From positions 1 to 34,653 of the IMG/VR virus record IMGVR_UViG_3300006428_000005: a stretch of DNA of 34,653 bases. One strand, written 5' to 3'. This document shows, in pieces, positions 34,070 through 34,653 of the stretch; position 1 is the first letter of the stretch, and the number at the start of each line of letters is the position of its first letter. The notes beneath the pieces are model-generated. The model saw only the letters and a program-made list of their open reading frames with translations, searched no databases and was not told where the DNA came from. Source of the stretch: a virus (lineage: Duplodnaviria > Caudoviricetes). Both the position numbers and the translations under genes were made by a program.

Positions 34070-34653
34070 ATGAAAAAATGGCTTTCATTGCTGCTGACGG
34101 TTGTCTTGGTACTATCTGCTGTGGTTGCTCCGGCTGCCGCGCGCGGAGGCTCCGCGAAAAGCAGCTCAGCATCAGCTGCTGCAAAAGTCACAGGGAAAAT
34201 TTCTGAGGCGGAGTCGTCGTCTGAAACTGCTTCAGGTACAACAGACAAAACGCCGAAGGAAAAGTCCCAAAAAGCAGAAAACCAAAAAATGTTTAAGACT
34301 GAACTGAATGTGCAAAAGAAGGAATTGCAGCAGCAGAAGAGCGATTTGAACCGGCAGAAAGAAGCGCTGCAGACTCAGTATGATGCTCTGCTGGCCTCTG
34401 GAGATACGGAGGGCACCGCAGCTTTGTTAGAAAGTATGCAGGAGCTGGATCAGCAGATTCAGGCGCTGCAGGCACAGATCAAAGAAATTATCAACGAGCG
34501 TTTTATGGTAGTCAAGACGCTGTATACGGATGAAGAGCTGGCGCAGTTCTCCAGCGTATCAGATTTGATTGCGCAGATGTATGCAGACGCTGAGGTTCTG
34601 CAGGCCGGCAGCGTGACGGTAAATAACCAACTCATCAAATTTGATGCACCGGC
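34070..34653 (+). CDS. Secreted host protein (signal peptide, coiled coil, probable copper-amine-oxidase N-terminal/stalk domain); runs off the window
   Basis: MKKWLSLLLTVVLVLSAVVAPAAA signal peptide; open to the window end, finishing VTVNNQLIKFDAP. Confidence 0.8.
   Translation, partial: MKKWLSLLLTVVLVLSAVVAPAAARGGSAKSSSASAAAKVTGKISEAESSSETASGTTDKTPKEKSQKAENQKMFKTELNVQKKELQQQKSDLNRQKEALQTQYDALLASGDTEGTAALLESMQELDQQIQALQAQIKEIINERFMVVKTLYTDEELAQFSSVSDLIAQMYADAEVLQAGSVTVNNQLIKFDAP

Noticed and set aside
1-34653. DGR, retron, intein or group I/II intron
   Set aside because: No reverse transcriptase, homing endonuclease, intein termini or TR/VR pair seen by eye; the tail module outside the window could not be examined

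Overview
Nucleotides 1 to about 32820 are the right-hand part of an integrated temperate prophage, probably from a Clostridia-type host (Firmicute-style SD sequences and sigmaA promoters). On the minus strand, from right to left, it carries a Cro-like HTH gene, a long early operon of small accessory genes, a split SNF2 helicase, an SSB-like protein, a CHC2-TOPRIM-DUF927 primase/helicase with an iteron origin, an HD hydrolase, a VRR-NUC nuclease, a late regulator, a ParB-fused DNA methylase and a lambda-like cos region. These are followed by a lambda-type head module (terminases, gpW, portal, ClpP protease/scaffold, decoration protein, major capsid E) and the start of a contractile tail sheath gene. 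On the plus strand are a CI-like repressor, YbjQ-like and stand-alone BRCT genes and a large serine recombinase whose ORF runs through a tRNA-3'-like att junction. Beyond the junction lie a second att-like relic, a GEMM-I riboswitch with the A20 variant and a secreted host protein. The most notable unannotated signals are five. (1) A complete antisense transcription unit overlaps the repressor 3' end and encodes a 51-aa mimic of the repressor C-terminal domain, a SinI-like antirepressor candidate. (2) The SNF2 helicase is broken into three pieces. (3) A promoter-terminator unit would make a roughly 55-nt antisense RNA in the early operon. (4) Twin att-like sites show a 5-bp shift relative to a tRNA 3' end. 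(5) An anti-SD-like hairpin loop recurs twice in the late transcript. All family calls come from motif recognition by eye; no database searches were run.
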